Assembly: GCF_009914755.1 (NCBI RefSeq)
Contig: NC_060934.1
Origin: the human T2T-CHM13v2.0 reference genome, Homo sapiens
Direction: 5' to 3' (one strand)
Length of the DNA stretch: 64,000 nucleotides
Shown here: positions 48,803 through 62,723 of the stretch, piece after piece
Numbering within the stretch: the first letter of the stretch is position 1
How the letters are laid out: each line of letters starts with the position of its first letter
Notes under the pieces: model-generated
What the model was told of the DNA's origin: nothing
Seen by the model: the letters and a program-made list of their open reading frames with translations, nothing else
The model's database searches: none
Program-made: the position numbers and the translations under genes

Positions 48803-49099
48803 GCCAGGCATGGTGGCTCATGCCTGTAATCCCAGCACTTTGGGAGGACAAGGGAGGTGGATCACGAGGTCAGGAGTTCAAGACCAGCCTGGCTAACATG
48901 GTGAAACCCCATCTCTACTAAAAATACAAAAATTAGCTGAGTATGGTGGTGCATGCCTGTAATCCCAGCTACTCAGGAGGCTGAGGCAAGAGAATTTCCT
49001 GAACCAGGACCTGCGATCTCAGAGAGCTGAGATAGCACCACTGCACTTCCAGCCTGGGCTACAGAGTGAGACTCCGTCTCAAAAAAAGAAAAAAAAATA
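48803..49099 (+). mobile_element. AluS (Sg/Sc-type 2-bp deletion)
   Basis: GGATCACGAGGTCAGG; TSD GTCCAG(C/T)TGGT. Confidence 0.93.
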
Positions 49100-50232
49100 A
49101 GTCCAGTTGGTTAGTGGGAAAATTAGCCCAATGGAAATATTGACAACTAGCTTTGGTTTGATATTCAATGGCTTGTGCATTTGTGTTGGCCTCTTACTAG
49201 AGCTATTCCCTCTTGGTCTGTTTTTCTTTGGTCTTAGTGCTGCTGTTACTTCTCAATGACACCAAATACCATTGTCTGCTCCAAGTGCTTGGTTCTCTTC
49301 CCTGAGTTTGTCAACAACTTTTCCAAAGTAATGGGTAACATTGGCAGCTTGCTTACTTTACTGTGATAGCACTGCAGACTCTTCACAGTGGGAAGCAATA
49401 GGTTCTCTGTGTATGCTCAAGACAGCAGGTACAAGAGGAAGCAATCTGACTTACTCCAAATAAACTACCAAAAAATGAAGGGTGGGGGGACAAAACACTT
49501 TCTGGCCCCTATGGAAATGGACACCAGCACATCCGCTCCAGCTGGGGCCAGAAAGTGACATTTTACAGTGGGAGGCAGCCACAGCTAAAGCCTTCCTCTC
49601 CCGAACAACAATTAGGTCAATTCTGGGAGTCTCGGGACTTGTAACACAGCTGAATGGTTTAAGAACACAGGCCACAGAGGCAAAACAACTTGAGCTTGAA
49701 TCCCAATATTGCCACCTACTACTTTGTGTAACTTTGGGCAAGTTATTTAACTTCTGTGATTTATTTTCCTCCCAATGAAGAGAGGAGATAATGATCACAC
49801 TCATCTGTTACAGTTGTCATATTATATGACATGAAGCATGTGACGGTGAAACTGAGAGTAAAACCCGGGCCTAGTCATCCCGATTCAATGCTGTTTTATA
49901 ATTCCACTATTGTAACATTAAAATGTTTTAATTATACATTTTTACATTTGCATAATTATTACATTTTAACTATAATATTAAAATGTAACATAACCGGATT
50001 TAGCACGCGGAAACCTCCCGGTCAGAACTACATCTACTTCATAAATTGAGAGACTCCTATAGTGCAGCATTTTAAAAGTACCTTCCTGCTTTTCTGTAAA
50101 TATTCTCTCCAGGTTATATGTGAACATATATGCCAACATTTCAGAAATAGAAAAAGCAATAGGTGAATTATTTATGGGCTAGTGAATGTTTTGCCTCTAT
50201 ATTTCACATATGAGATAAAATATAAAAGACAG

Positions 50233-50525
50233 TTTTGTTTTGAGACCAGGTCTTTCTCTACCACCCAGTCTGAAGTAAACTGGTACAATCATGGCTCACT
50301 GCAGCCTTGAACTCCTGGGCAAGCGATCCACCCATCTCAGCCTCCCGAGTAGCTAGCACTATAGGCATGCACCACGATTCCCAGCTAATTTATTTATTTA
50401 TTTTTTGTAGAGTTGGAGTCCTGCTTTGTTGCCTCAGTTGGTTTTAAACTCCTGGCCTCAAGCAATCCTCCTACCTCAGCCTCCCAAAGCGCTAGCATTA
50501 CAGGTATGAGCCACCATGCCCAGCT
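50233..50525 (-). mobile_element. AluJ
   Basis: Antisense Alu with J-type CATGGCTCACTGCAGCCTTGAACTCCTGGGC. Confidence 0.92.
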
Positions 50526-50692
50526 AAAAGATGCCTTTGAAATTATGCAGTGATCCTCAGTTGGCACAGCACAATTGTATCTAACATTACACAATACTTT
50601 TTTTTTGCATTGATATATACATTCAGTTTTCTAAGAAGAACTCAGGCAGAATGCTATTTTTGCTAAGAGATTAATATATCATAAGAAAAAAT

Positions 50693-51744
50693 TGTCAACC
50701 AAAATAACAGAGATGAGGCAGGAGAATAGCAGAGGAAGTCGGGGGTGAAGGGGACCCATTAGATGTAGACTAGCTTGAGCAATAGCAAAAGCAAAACATG
50801 CAAGATAGCAGAAGCAGAACATATGAGATAAGGGAGTAAGCAGTATGTAAATAAAAAAGTAAGCAGTAAGTTGGAACAACTGAGCAGAGGAAGTCGGGAG
50901 CGAAGGGGATCCATTAGATGTAAGCTAGCTTAAGCATAACGTGCAAGATTTAAAAAAAGCAGAACATAGAGATTTTTTTAAAAGTAAACAGTTAATTTAG
51001 TGCAATAAGGGAAAGATAAGGATAAGCAATCAGCTTACAAGAGATAGAATAAGAGTAAGGTGCAATAAGGGAAAGGCAAGGATGAACAATTTGCTTATGA
51101 GAGCAAGTGAGAAACAAAACCCATAAAATCTAACAAACCAGTGCTGATACCACTTGCGGGTCAGCCCAAACCATTCTGGATCTTACTGTGCTTAATAAAT
51201 CTTTTGCTGCATTGCTATTTGTGTGTATCACATCCAATTCTTTATTTGCAACACCAAGAATCTTGCACTTCACAATATCAGCCAGTAACAGAGAGGGACT
51301 CTCTACAAGAAAATGATATTTATTGGTGAATAGAGCATTGCAGTGGGAATATGTGTGCCATAATAAACCATGTGCTTATTCAGAAAGGTAAGGGAATGCA
51401 AAGGTTTTTAAAGGAAAAATGCAGGAGGGATTATATAATTGTCTTGAGATAATCATCCTTGGCTGCAAGGATCAATAACAAGAGTGATACCAGTTCAAGG
51501 TTGGACAGGCTGTTGTGTGGCAGATGTCCTTGCAGAAGTGTTTTTTGTGTGAGGTTGCAATGGCATTTATGCAATGTTATGGTTTTCTCAGAGTCTTTGT
51601 ACATGGCTGTGATTTTTTCACAAGTATTTTTGTGATAGTTTTGTTATCAGGCATACAAGGCTCTCTTCATAGCCTTCCACAGCTCTATTTTTCAGATTTT
51701 TAAAAAATGTAAGTGAATCCATTTTGATTCTGACAACTTTCACA
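50693..51744 (-). mobile_element. ERV1 LTR (MER31/MER67-like) interrupted by a second LTR
   Basis: TGTCAACCAAAATAACAGAGA continues as GGGACTCTCTACAAGAAAATGATATTTATT at 51295 and ends CATTTTGATTCTGACAACTTTCACA. Confidence 0.75.
50714..51290 (+). mobile_element. ERV1 solo LTR (MER83/MER51 group), nested
   Basis: TGAGGCAGGAGAATAGCAGAGG start, AATAAA, ...GTAACA end, and exact 4-bp TSD GAGA. Confidence 0.8.
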
Positions 51745-52190
51745 GAATCACCTGCCTCCCACACACTAAGCACACCTCAGCACATCGTGCAGTGGTTTTG
51801 TCACATGTAGAACAGAATTGGATACATGTTGTATTCACAGGAGAATACTAGGTTTTCAAATGATAATAAATGCTCCTAAGATACCTTTCTCTCTACCCTT
51901 ATGATTATTCTTTTCAGCTAGCTGATTACCAGAGATTTCTTATTACCTAAATTATCAAGGTTTATCTGTGGCAGTATGTCAGATGTGGTCTACATGTAAT
52001 TGTAATAAACAAACATCCTGTACCATGTCCAAGTCTACTGCAATCTTAACCAACTAATCATGGATACCATCTATTGAGTGGGTAGTAGTTGCTTTGTGGT
52101 AGAAACTATGCTAAGCCCCTTGCATGCATTAGTTCATATAACTGTCATAATACCCCTGTGATACCTATTTAACAGATAAGAAATTCAAAG

Positions 52191-52384
52191 ATTTACCCAA
52201 TCCACCATTGATGGGCACCTAAGTCGATTCCATGTCTTCGCTATTGCATGGCAATGAACATGTAAGTCCATGTGTCTCTCTGGTGTAACAATCTATATTC
52301 CTTTGGGTACATTCGATTGCTGGATCGAATGGTAGCTCTGTTTTAAGCTATTTGAGAAAACTTCAGCTGAAATTTACAAAAGAA
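52191..52384 (-). mobile_element. Inverted L1PB-like fragment inside a MIR, 13-bp TSD
   Basis: AAGAAATTCAAAG at 52178-52190 and 52385-52397 flanks antisense L1 ORF2-end/3' sequence. Confidence 0.8.
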
Positions 52385-52789
52385 AAGAAATTCAAAGCTT
52401 AAAAACGTTGTCACATCTAAAGTTACAAATTAAGAAGTGGCAGAACCAGGATTTGCATATATGTATTTTTGATTGCCAAATGCAAGTGGTTAGCCGTGAA
52501 GGCTACTGAGAAATTGCCAGGCAAATATAATGCTCCAATCCAGATGCAGAAGTGAGGCACAGTCACTCAGACCAAATCATAATCATTCATATCCCTTAGA
52601 GACTGGTTATTTCCTTCTAAACACTCACCAGGCAGAGGATGGTGTCACTTAGGATATAAAAGACCAAAAATTAATTTTTAGGGAAGAAAAACTGATAACT
52701 TTGACAGATATCCACAGTACAGGCATTTTAAATAAAAATATAATTATTTAAAGTTATAGAATAAATAACTAATAAAACACCTCTATAAC

Positions 52790-53263
52790 AGCAATCATTT
52801 TTTGTTGCTGCTGTAAAATGTTACCACAAAGGTAATGGCTTAAAACAACACAACTGATTCTCTTATAGTTCTGGAAGTCATAGTTCAAAATCAATCTTAC
52901 TGAGCTAAAGTTGAAGGTGTTAACAGGGTTGGTTCCTTATGGAGGCTCTGAGAGAAAATAGTTCTCTGCCTTTTCAGCCCGTAAAGGTCACCTGCATTCC
53001 TCAGCTAGTGTCTCCCTCCTCACATCAATCCAACCTCTTGTTTCCATCATAACAGCTACTACTATTTGGGTCCTCCTGCCCTGCTCTTATAAGGATCCTT
53101 GGGTTTACATTTTTCCCACCTGGATAACCCTGGGTAATCTCCCCTATCTCAACATTCTTAATCATATCAGTAAAGTCCCTTTTGCCATGCAATGTACTTT
53201 ATTCACAAGTTTTGGGGGTGAGGACCTGGACATCTTTAGGGAGGCATTATTTTATGTACTACA
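52790..53263 (-). mobile_element. MLT1 (C/D-like) LTR
   Basis: GGCTTAAAACAACAC...AGTTCTGGAAGTCA...GGACATCTTTAGGG. Confidence 0.85.
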
Positions 53264-54419
53264 ATTACCAACACTTACATTTTTCAAGTTAAAAGGAAAA
53301 AATTAATTAGAAAAAAAAAAAAAATCCAGTCTCTATTGTACTCACCTGTGTCCAATTTCCAATTAATTTGTGGTCTTTCAGGACTTACTTTAAGGGAAAG
53401 ATATTATTTTTCTCTTCTTGTTGGAAACTTTCTGGAGCATGTGGGTGTAGTGACTGGTATTGCTCTGGGTTACAGAGCAGCTTGGATGAGCATCTGTGCA
53501 GAAACCACTATGGTAGGCTATATTTAAAAACTGTTTATTTCAAATGTTCAAAAAATAAAAGGGCTGGGTCTCTAGCAAGAAGCAGCCTTGAATTTGCTGC
53601 AGAAAGAAGATAGAGATTATAAGACGTAGAGGGTGGTTCAATCAATCCATTTAATATTAGCTGTTCACTAAAAATGAGTGAGGAGGAGAGAGAAAAAAAC
53701 TGCAACTTCTTGAATGATAATTAAACCTGTTAATCATATTCTGATTAGAAAAGTATATAGGAATAAACATGTGCTTCATATTCCTGTGGGTTTTCTGTTC
53801 TGGCCATGAAAAATAAAAGAGAATCAAACTGCCAAGAGGCTTTTTGAATGGGGTTGGATAACAAAAATTCCCCCAAAAAACAAAAAACTTTCTGCAAAAT
53901 CTTAGTGGGGCAAGCACATGCAAAAAACTATTTTGTTTTTTCTCCTTGAATTAATAACTGGAGAACATCCACTCACTTAATGCCCTGGGAGAGAGTTGTA
54001 CAGTCTTCTGGTGTTTCAACCTGATGAGAAAAGAACTCTACAACTGTTGCTACACAGATAGAGCTATGTGTTTGAAGGTTCAAACTGCTTCTTCTAAGAA
54101 AATCAAGTGACATTCAAAGTACTTTTGAAAAGAGATTAACACAGTTCTAATATAGGAAACTCATGCTTATCTAAATGTTTCTCTTTTGTTTCAGACGTGC
54201 TTCTAATAACATGTCAATGTATATATTCATCTCCTAGAAAGGCATTAACTAATACATAATCTTCATTTATTTTATGCTATAATATTATTTAAAAATATAC
54301 TCAAACATGAAAATATGTATAATATGCTTTGAAACAGCTAGTAATACCTAATACAATATTCTCAATTCAAATTGCTTTATATTAGTGAGAAGAGAGACAC
54401 AGAGACAGAGAATCAATCA

Positions 54420-55190
54420 CTGGGCTAGTAGTTCTAAACTTGCTATAGTACCTCTCAAACTTTAATGTGCATGCACACACACACACACATAAATCACACA
54501 CAGACACACACAGAGACTTTAATGCACAATGTACCTGTGAATCATGTTATTAATAACACACAGATTTTGATTCAATAGTTCTGGGCGTGGGAATGGAGGT
54601 AGCTCATAGATTCTGTATTTCCTATAAACTCTTAAGTGATGTCAATGTCACTATTTTTCCCCATGGAGTAGCATGTCATAGGGAAATTTGTAAAATTACA
54701 GAACCCCAGGTACCACCGCAGACCTTCCCACAAATCTATAATTTTAACAAGCACCTTTCAAGTTATTTCTATGCTACCTGCCTTACACTGACTCAATGAA
54801 CTGAGTTGGCACAGTGGTTACAACTCAAATGCCTGCTTCAGACATGTGGTTATGTAAATGCTTGAATTGGATTTATTTTTTAAAAGGTGCTAGGCTACTT
54901 GAACTTTGACCAAGCATCAAACTAGCTTTAATTACATGCCTTTTAACAAACTATTGCTGCCTTTTTATGGTACACAAGCTACCTCTGACCCTGGAGTTGG
55001 CAGTTAACATTTTAGAGGCTAAGATCCCTGTGAAAATTTCATATAAGCTGTGAAACATCTACCCCCAGGAAAATCTACAAATGCACGTGAATGCATTTTG
55101 TAAACAATTTCAGGAAATTGCACGTTTTCTAATCAATCCATGGATTTCTGACAGGTTCATGAACCTCTGGCTAAGAATCCATGGTTCAGT
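54420..55190. mobile_element. hAT-Charlie MITE fragments (MER5-like and others) with a CA-rich tract
   Basis: GTAGTTCTAAACTT, CTCAAACTTTAATGTGCAT, CAGATTTTGATTCAATAG. Boundaries are approximate. Confidence 0.5.
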
Positions 55191-56009
55191 TATTATGTCT
55201 TGCAAATACCATCCATTTCAGTGATGGAAACATACTACTTTTAAATATTGTTTTGGTACTGTTTTAATTCCTCTGATCTAGCTCCAGCAGTTATCCCTGA
55301 AAATGGCCCATAGCGTCTGGTTCAGAGCTTCTCCTCAACCACTCCCAGGTGCTCTCCATGGTACTGGCCTCAGAATCTGATTTCAGGCTTCCACCTGCCT
55401 CTATTCCTCATCCTGTCTTGGCATGCTCCCTAATTGAGCTTCTTAAAAATTCTTCATCCAATTGTAACTTTTCTTTACGAGGCCAAGATTCTGTATTTCA
55501 AGATTTCTATGCCAATCTCCCAACTTTGAGACTGCTTCTTCCTTTAATCAAAAGTCATTACTTAAAAGAATCTCCAGTAAATCAATTAATATTTTACCTT
55601 CCTTTCCCATGAATACTTTTTGACATACCAAGAAATGTATTATACTTCTTATTCTCAAAGTTTTACCAGTCTTAGGAGCCCTCTGCTTAAAGGGACTTTC
55701 ATTTTTACCCTTTTTGAAAAAAGGTTTTTAAAATGCTATTTTGAATAGAACACAATTATACCTCAGAAAATGTACAATAAAATATAAGAATTTTAACATT
55801 AAAATTAATAGAGTGATTTTTATTGTTAATGCACACTCATATATGAATATACATTATAGAGCTTTGGCATTGATTATTTTGTCAGCTATTCTTATAAATT
55901 TTCTTGGAAATTTGTGTTTCTTAATTTTTTATACTCTATTGTGCAACAATGGAGGGTTATAGAATTGAGTATTACTAGTGAATTGAAATACATGACATTA
56001 TATATTAAA

Positions 56010-56195
56010 GATTTTTGCTCTAATTTCTCTCCATGTACAGATATAAAATGGTAACTATGTAGAGGTAATAGATATGTTAATTAGCTGGACTGTGGTAATC
56101 ATTTCACAATGCACATCAAAATATCAAGTTGTACACCTTAAATATATACAATATTTGTTAAATTGCCACAAAATTTAAAAATCAAAACAAAAAGA
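56010..56195 (+). mobile_element. L1MA/MB 3' end
   Basis: TATGTTAATTAGCTGGACTGTGGTAATCATTTCACAATG...TGTACACCTTAAATATATACAAT. Confidence 0.85.
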
Positions 56196-56889
56196 GATCT
56201 CCAGTAATTAATTGATTTTAAAGGCAAAACTAAGGAATATTAAGAAATTTTAGTTTTTTCTTTATTGTGAAATGTATTACCTTATATAACAGCAAAAAGT
56301 AAGAGGGGAGGGTATCCATAGATTTATCCAAATAAGCATTTACTGCTGCCTTATCTATATAAATATTACCTAGACAGCTATTGGGTACCAAGATATCTAT
56401 CTTACATGGTGAAGAAGAAACTTTACAATTCAAGAAATGATTCATTTGTTTGAATATAAACATTTTTCTTGACAAGTAGCCTTAGTGTTTGGAGTCCAGA
56501 AGGAGGTCTATTGAATCATTTGGAAATAATGGGAATTATTGTGACCTTTGAGAGTGAAATTTTAAATCAAGAGAGAATGGATCAAAGGAAAATTATGCAA
56601 AAATCAAACCTACGAGATAGAATTGGTCTCATAAAAGCACAACTTACCTGAGACCTAGATGAATATAATAGATAACCAAAGTAAGATGGTAACAATGATA
56701 AATGAATAGGCCAGCCAATAACATTTAAAAGGACTTCACAAAGTTGCATGAAAGCAAGGCACATCCATGCCTTATGAAGTTCTACCCAAGGGACTAATTA
56801 TTCATCCTTATTATTATGTAGATGAATGAAACTATCTTAGGCTAATCTCATTAAATATTTACCCCTTTGATTTTCTTCTTGACTCCATG

Positions 56890-57341
56890 TGTATTAGTTC
56901 TCCATTGTCGTTGTAACAAATTTTGACAAACAGAGTAATTTAAAACAAATGTATTCTTTTACAGTTCTGGAGATAATAAGTTTGAAATGAAACTAAAATC
57001 AAGATGTTAGCAGCAGGGCTGGTTTCTTTCCTTTCATAAGAAAATTTGTTCTTTGCCTCCTCCAGCTTCTGTTGTCTGCCAGCATTCTTTGTCTGCTGGC
57101 CATACCACTCCTATCTTTGCTTCTGTTGTCACATTGCTTTCTTCTACTCTGATCTCCTGCCCCTTCTTATAAGGACCTTTGTGATTACACCAGGCCCACC
57201 TGGACAATTACATAACCCCTCTCCCCAATATCAAGATGTTAACTTCATCACATTTGAAAAGTCCATTTTGATATATAAGATAACACAGGTTTAGGAGTGA
57301 GGATCTGGACATGTTTTGGGGGCATTATTTAGCCTACCACA
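56890..57341 (-). mobile_element. MLT1 (B/C/D-like) LTR
   Basis: TGTATTAGTT start, CTTATAAGGACCTTTGTGATTACA, and GCCTACCACA end. Confidence 0.85.
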
Positions 57342-57644
57342 CCATACTTACTAAGCAACCTTCTAATGAAGTCTTGGTTTCCCCTGTAGCTTTACTATAG
57401 AGACATAAGGAGCTACCAATGATGGCTCAAGTTTTTCAATTCCTACAGATTATATTTATCCAAACTAATTCATAAAGTGACGGTCTGGTCTTATATATCA
57501 GGCTTATGGACTTGGAAGTCTGCTCTTCAATAATGGATCTACTTTCAGCATGCCCTTATTGTCAGGTTTCTGAAGGCTGCAGGAATTAAAATCTAGACCC
57601 TGATAAGGGGAATCTCCAAGCCCACAAATGATACCTTTCCACAA

Positions 57645-58043
57645 GATGCCCTGCATTACTTAATAACTGTAAAAGCTCAGTGGCTTACAACCATAAACAC
57701 TAATCACAGCTGTAGGTCAACCAGGCCCTGTTTTTTCTCTTTTCCTTCTGGGTTCTAGGCTAAAGGAATAGACTTTATCTGGAACATGCGGTTCTTGAGG
57801 CAAAGTAAAAGACACAGAGCCATCAGTCACATCACGTAATTCTGCTTGAACATGGCATAAATGATATCTGCTTACAGCCCATTGGCTAAAGCAAGACACA
57901 TGGCCAAGCCCAACATCAATGTGAAGAAAGTATACTTCACCAACAAAGGAATTGCAATTCACTTTTTAAAGGACATGAATATATAATCATCTCTTATGGA
58001 AAGGGGAGCCAAGTATTTTGGAATGTAATACATTCTACTACAG
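57645..58043 (-). mobile_element. MLT1 (I/J-like) LTR
   Basis: CTCAGTGGCTTACAAC, CCATTGGCTAAAGCAAGACACATGGCCAAGCCCAA. Confidence 0.75.
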
Positions 58044-60825
58044 ACTTGTAAGTAGCCAATCTAGAACACATGGTATCACATTCTGACTACTTCATTCATT
58101 CTAAAACACATGTAGATTAAAGGGCATGGCAACAATAATACAAAAGGTAATAGACGATAAATAGAGCTACAAGAATATAAGGTTTCACTGGTATTGTGGG
58201 AGTGTTTAAAGTAATGAAATATATTGTATTATATTAAGCCAAAGGTGTATATTGTAATTCCTAGGTTAAACTCTAAAAGACGTAACATATAGGCTTTAAC
58301 CTAATGAAAACTGTGATATTTATATTAACATCAAGTAAGACTATTAGGCAGGATGTATTAATAAAGAGGGACATCCCATAATTATAAAGGGGTTAATTCA
58401 ATAGATATCCACCTGTTAGTATAGATTCGTATATAAAGCAAAATGCAACAGAAACATAATGAGTTGACAAATTTACAATTACAATTTGAGACTTCAACAC
58501 AGCTCTTGCAATAAATGTTGGAAAAATAGTATATAAGATATGAAAATAAAATTAAGAAAACTAAATAGATATATACACGTGTATATGTGTGTTTGTGTGT
58601 GTGTGTCTGTGTATGTACTCAGCAAAGGCAATTTACATGTTTTCCAAATGAACATGGAACATTTGTCAAAATTGACTCATTTACTAACCCATAAAAAAGC
58701 TTCAACAAAATTCAAAAAATTAAAATTATTCTGCATATATTCTCTGATCAATATGAAATCAAGCTAGCAATCAATAACAAAAAGAGATAAGCAGAAAACC
58801 CCCCAAATACCTAAAACTGAAACAGTATGCATCTAAATAATAATCCATGAGTCAAGGAAGAAATCAAAATTAACGTTCTAGAATTTTGGTTTCACTATGA
58901 TAGTGTAATTATCTTTGTTATTAAAACTAAAAATCTGAAAAAAAAAACTAAAACTAAGAACCTAAAAAGCAAATAAAAGCAGATGCATTATAGACAGAAA
59001 AGAAAACTAGAAGTTACCCATGCAGAAATGAGTTTCCCTTTTTTTTTTCCTCTTTCTCATTGATCTGCCCTCTTGTCAGGGCCAATTCTCTGAGAAACTT
59101 GGTAGATCAGTGGCATTCGTGGCAAAAACTGTAATAGAAACTCTGTCTTTAAGGCCAGAGAACCCAGAAACAGAGGCCTTAGCAGGCTGCAGACTATGGA
59201 GGAAGTTCTGCAGAGGGGAGAGCTGGAGATGGGGGATTCTCTAACTGTGCATATGAAACTGTCCAAATCTTGGGCTCACCTCTAAACTATGCATTTGTGG
59301 GACAGATGGAAACACCATGGCAAAGATTTTAGAAATGAACTGAAATTAGAAATACCACTAACAGAAAGAAAGATAGAACTTCAATTGTGAATCCAAATGT
59401 TCCAACACAGCTAAATAACTAAAGAACAATTAAAACTTGACTAATTCTCATTGGAAAAGACAGTCAGTGAATGCCAATCCCAAGATAACTCAGATGGTTG
59501 AAATATCAGACAATTTTAAGCGAGCTTTTATAACTAGCTAAAATGAGTGGAGAGTAGGGAAAAGACAAAATTTCTCAACAGATAAATGGAAAATATAAAA
59601 AGAATCAAAGAAAAATTTTAGAGTTGGAAAATATAATATCTTAACTAAAAATTCACCACTCATCCAATAGCCAAACGGAGATGAAAGAAAAAAGAATCAG
59701 TAAGCTTGAGTGTAAAAAAATAGAAACTACTGAATCTGAAAAATAGAGAAAAACAGATTGAAAAAAAATAACGAAGCTTCAGAGTCCTGTGGGGCAATAT
59801 GTAAAGTTCTAACATACATGTCATTGGAGTCCTAAAAAGTGAGGAGAGAAAGACTCAGGTAGAAAAGATATTCGAATAAGTAATACGCTCAAATATCCCA
59901 GATTTGGTGAATGAAATAAATTTACATATTAAAGTTTAGTGAACCCATTAGAGAAAAAACTCAAAGAAAATTACAACTGAACACAATCTTCAGAAAACCA
60001 CCAAAAAAGAGAAAAATATCTCATACTAGTTAGAGAAAAACAGCACATTAAATACAGGGGAAGAGCAATTTGAATGACTGCACAATTCTTATTAGAGACC
60101 AGAAGACAGTAGAAGTACATCTGTAAAGTGCCGAAAGCAAAGGACTATTAACTCATAGTTTTATTTCTAGTGAAAATATCCTTCAAGAATAAAGGCAAAA
60201 TTAAATTAAACATTATTGGCTGAAGGAAAACTTATGATAATTTGTCCCAAATAGACCTATTCTAAAATTATTGCCAGAAGATGAAGGATATTCTTTAGGT
60301 TGAAGGAAAATGATGCTAGAAGAAAACTTAAATCTTCTGGAACGAAGGAAGAAAAAGAGAAATAGTAAATATATGTGCAAATGTAAATACGTATTTTCCT
60401 TCTTGAGTTCTTTAAAATATGTATTACCATTAAAAATATAAATGATAACATCATTTTATGGGATTTTAACAAATGCTGATGAAATTCATATGACAACTAT
60501 AACATAAAGGTTAAGCTAGTGAGGGACATGAATGTACCCATACAAGTGCAATGATTTTACATTTTACTTGAAGTGGTACAGTATTAAATATATTTTAAAA
60601 ACAGGAAGAAATTGGATATGTGTAGTATAATCTTTAGGGCAACCACTAAAAAATTATAAATACATATAGAAAAAGAGCTGATAAATTAAAATTGAATGCT
60701 AAAATATATTCAAATTATCCAAAAAAGGGCAGGAAAGGAAGGGGAACAAAAAACACAGGTTAACAAATAAAGTATCAGACTTAAATCCAACTATCTCAAT
60801 AGTTACACTAAATGTTAATTATCTA

Positions 60826-61120
60826 GCCTAGGTGCAGTGGCTCACACTTGTATTCCCAGCACTTTGGGAGGTGGAGGAGGACAGATCACTTGAGGCCAGG
60901 AGTTCAAGACCAGCCCGGCCAACATGGTGAAACCTCACCTCTACTAAAAATACAAAAATTAGCCAGGTATGATGGCACACACCTGTAATCTGAGCTACTC
61001 ATTAGGCTGAGGCACAAGAATCACTTGAACCTTGGAGGAAGAAGTTGTAGTGAGCCAATAGCATGCCTCTGTACTCCAGCCTGGGTGACAGAGTAAGACT
61101 CTGTCTCAAAAGAAAAAAAA
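60826..61120 (+). mobile_element. Alu (old S/J)
   Basis: Alu dimer; TSD GTTAAT(T/C)ATCTA. Confidence 0.93.
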
Positions 61121-61546
61121 AGTTAATCATCTAAAGAAAACACTCCAACTAACAGGTAGAAATTGATAGAGTAGATTTTTTTAAAAAGCAAGACCTTACC
61201 ATATGCTGCTTAAGAATGATACGCTTTACATGTAAAGGCAAAGACAGATTGAAAACAATGTGGGGCAGGGAATATACACTATGCAAACAGTAAGCATAAA
61301 AAAGCAGGAATAGCTAGAAAAGACATCAAATATCTGAAGAAATAAATTTCAAGACAGAGTACTACCTGAGATGAAGAAGGATATTTCATAATGATAAAAG
61401 AGACAATTCATCAAGAAGAAATAGCAACTAAAAGGTATGTTCACCTAATAACAGAACCTCAAACCACATGAATCAAAACTTGGAGAATCAAAAGGATAGA
61501 TAAACCACTGCAAAATTAGAGTAGAAGATTTTTAACATCCATTTGT

Positions 61547-61857
61547 CTTTTCTTTTTTTGTTCTTTTCTTTGAGATAGGGTCTTTCTGTTGCCCAAGCTG
61601 GAGTGCAGCGGTGCAATCACAACTCACAGCAGTTACAACTACCAGGAGCTGAAGTGATCTTCCTGCCTCAGCCTCCCAAGTAGTTGGGCCACAGGCACAC
61701 ACCACCACACCTGGCTAATGTTCTTATTATTGTTATTTGTAGAGACAATATCTTGCTATGTTGCTCAGGCTGCCTTAAAACTCCTAGGCTCAAGCAATCC
61801 TCCTAACTCAGCCTCCCAAAATTCTGGGATTACAGGGGTTAGCCACTGTACCCAGCC
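61547..61857 (-). mobile_element. AluJ
   Basis: Antisense, divergent Alu dimer. Confidence 0.9.
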
Positions 61858-62256
61858 TATTTTTCAATAATTGATAGACAAGCTAGACATAAAAATATCA
61901 GCAAGGACATAGACATCTGAACAGTACCCTCAAATTCCTCAATCTAGTTGGCATTCACAGGAAACAACATCCAAGGAATGCAGAATACAGATTTTTTCAA
62001 GTTCACATGGTACATTCACCAAGATGGAGCATATGCTGAGTCATAAATCAAGTGACAATCATTTTAAAGCACTGAAATCAGACAAAGCATATCCTCTCAT
62101 TACAATAGAATTTGATTTAAAAATCAGCGAAAATATATCTAAGAAAAACCTAAGTATATAGAATTTTACCACTACATTTCTAAATAATTTGTGGGTAAAA
62201 TATAAAACACAAAAGAAGTTGGAAAATATTTTCAATAGAACAACAAAAATACAATT

Positions 62257-62723
62257 GTGTTAGCGTTCTCCAGAGAAACAGCATCAATAGGATACACATT
62301 GAGAGAGAGCAGAGAAAATAAGGGAAAAGGAGAGAAGGGATTTTAAGAAATTGACTCACATGATTGTGGAGGATAGCAAATTCAAAAGGTGTAGGTCAGT
62401 CTGGAAATTCAAGGTAAGAGTTGATGTTGCAGTCCTGAGTCTGAAATCCACAGGGCAAGGCAGCTGGCTGGAAACTCAGATTTTATTTTGTAGTCTGGAG
62501 GCAGAGTTCCCTCTTTTTAAGGAAATCTCAGTTTTTGCTCCTAAGGCTTTTCAACTGATTGGATGAAGCCCACCCACATTATGGAGATGCTTCGTTTAAA
62601 GTCTACAGACTGTAAGTGTTAATTACATCCACAAATACCTTTACAGCAACACCTAGACTAGTGTTTAGCTAAACAACTGGGCACCATAGCCTAGCCAAGT
62701 TGATGCATAAAATTAACCATCAC
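62257..62723 (-). mobile_element. MLT2 (D-like) solo LTR
   Basis: GTTCTCCAGAGAAACAG...TGATTGGATGAAGCCCACCCACATT...AAATTAACCATCAC. Confidence 0.85.

Noticed and set aside
53340-53350. Consensus minus-strand donor CAG|GTGAGT
   Set aside because: No convincing acceptor, frame or promoter nearby; isolated donors are common by chance.
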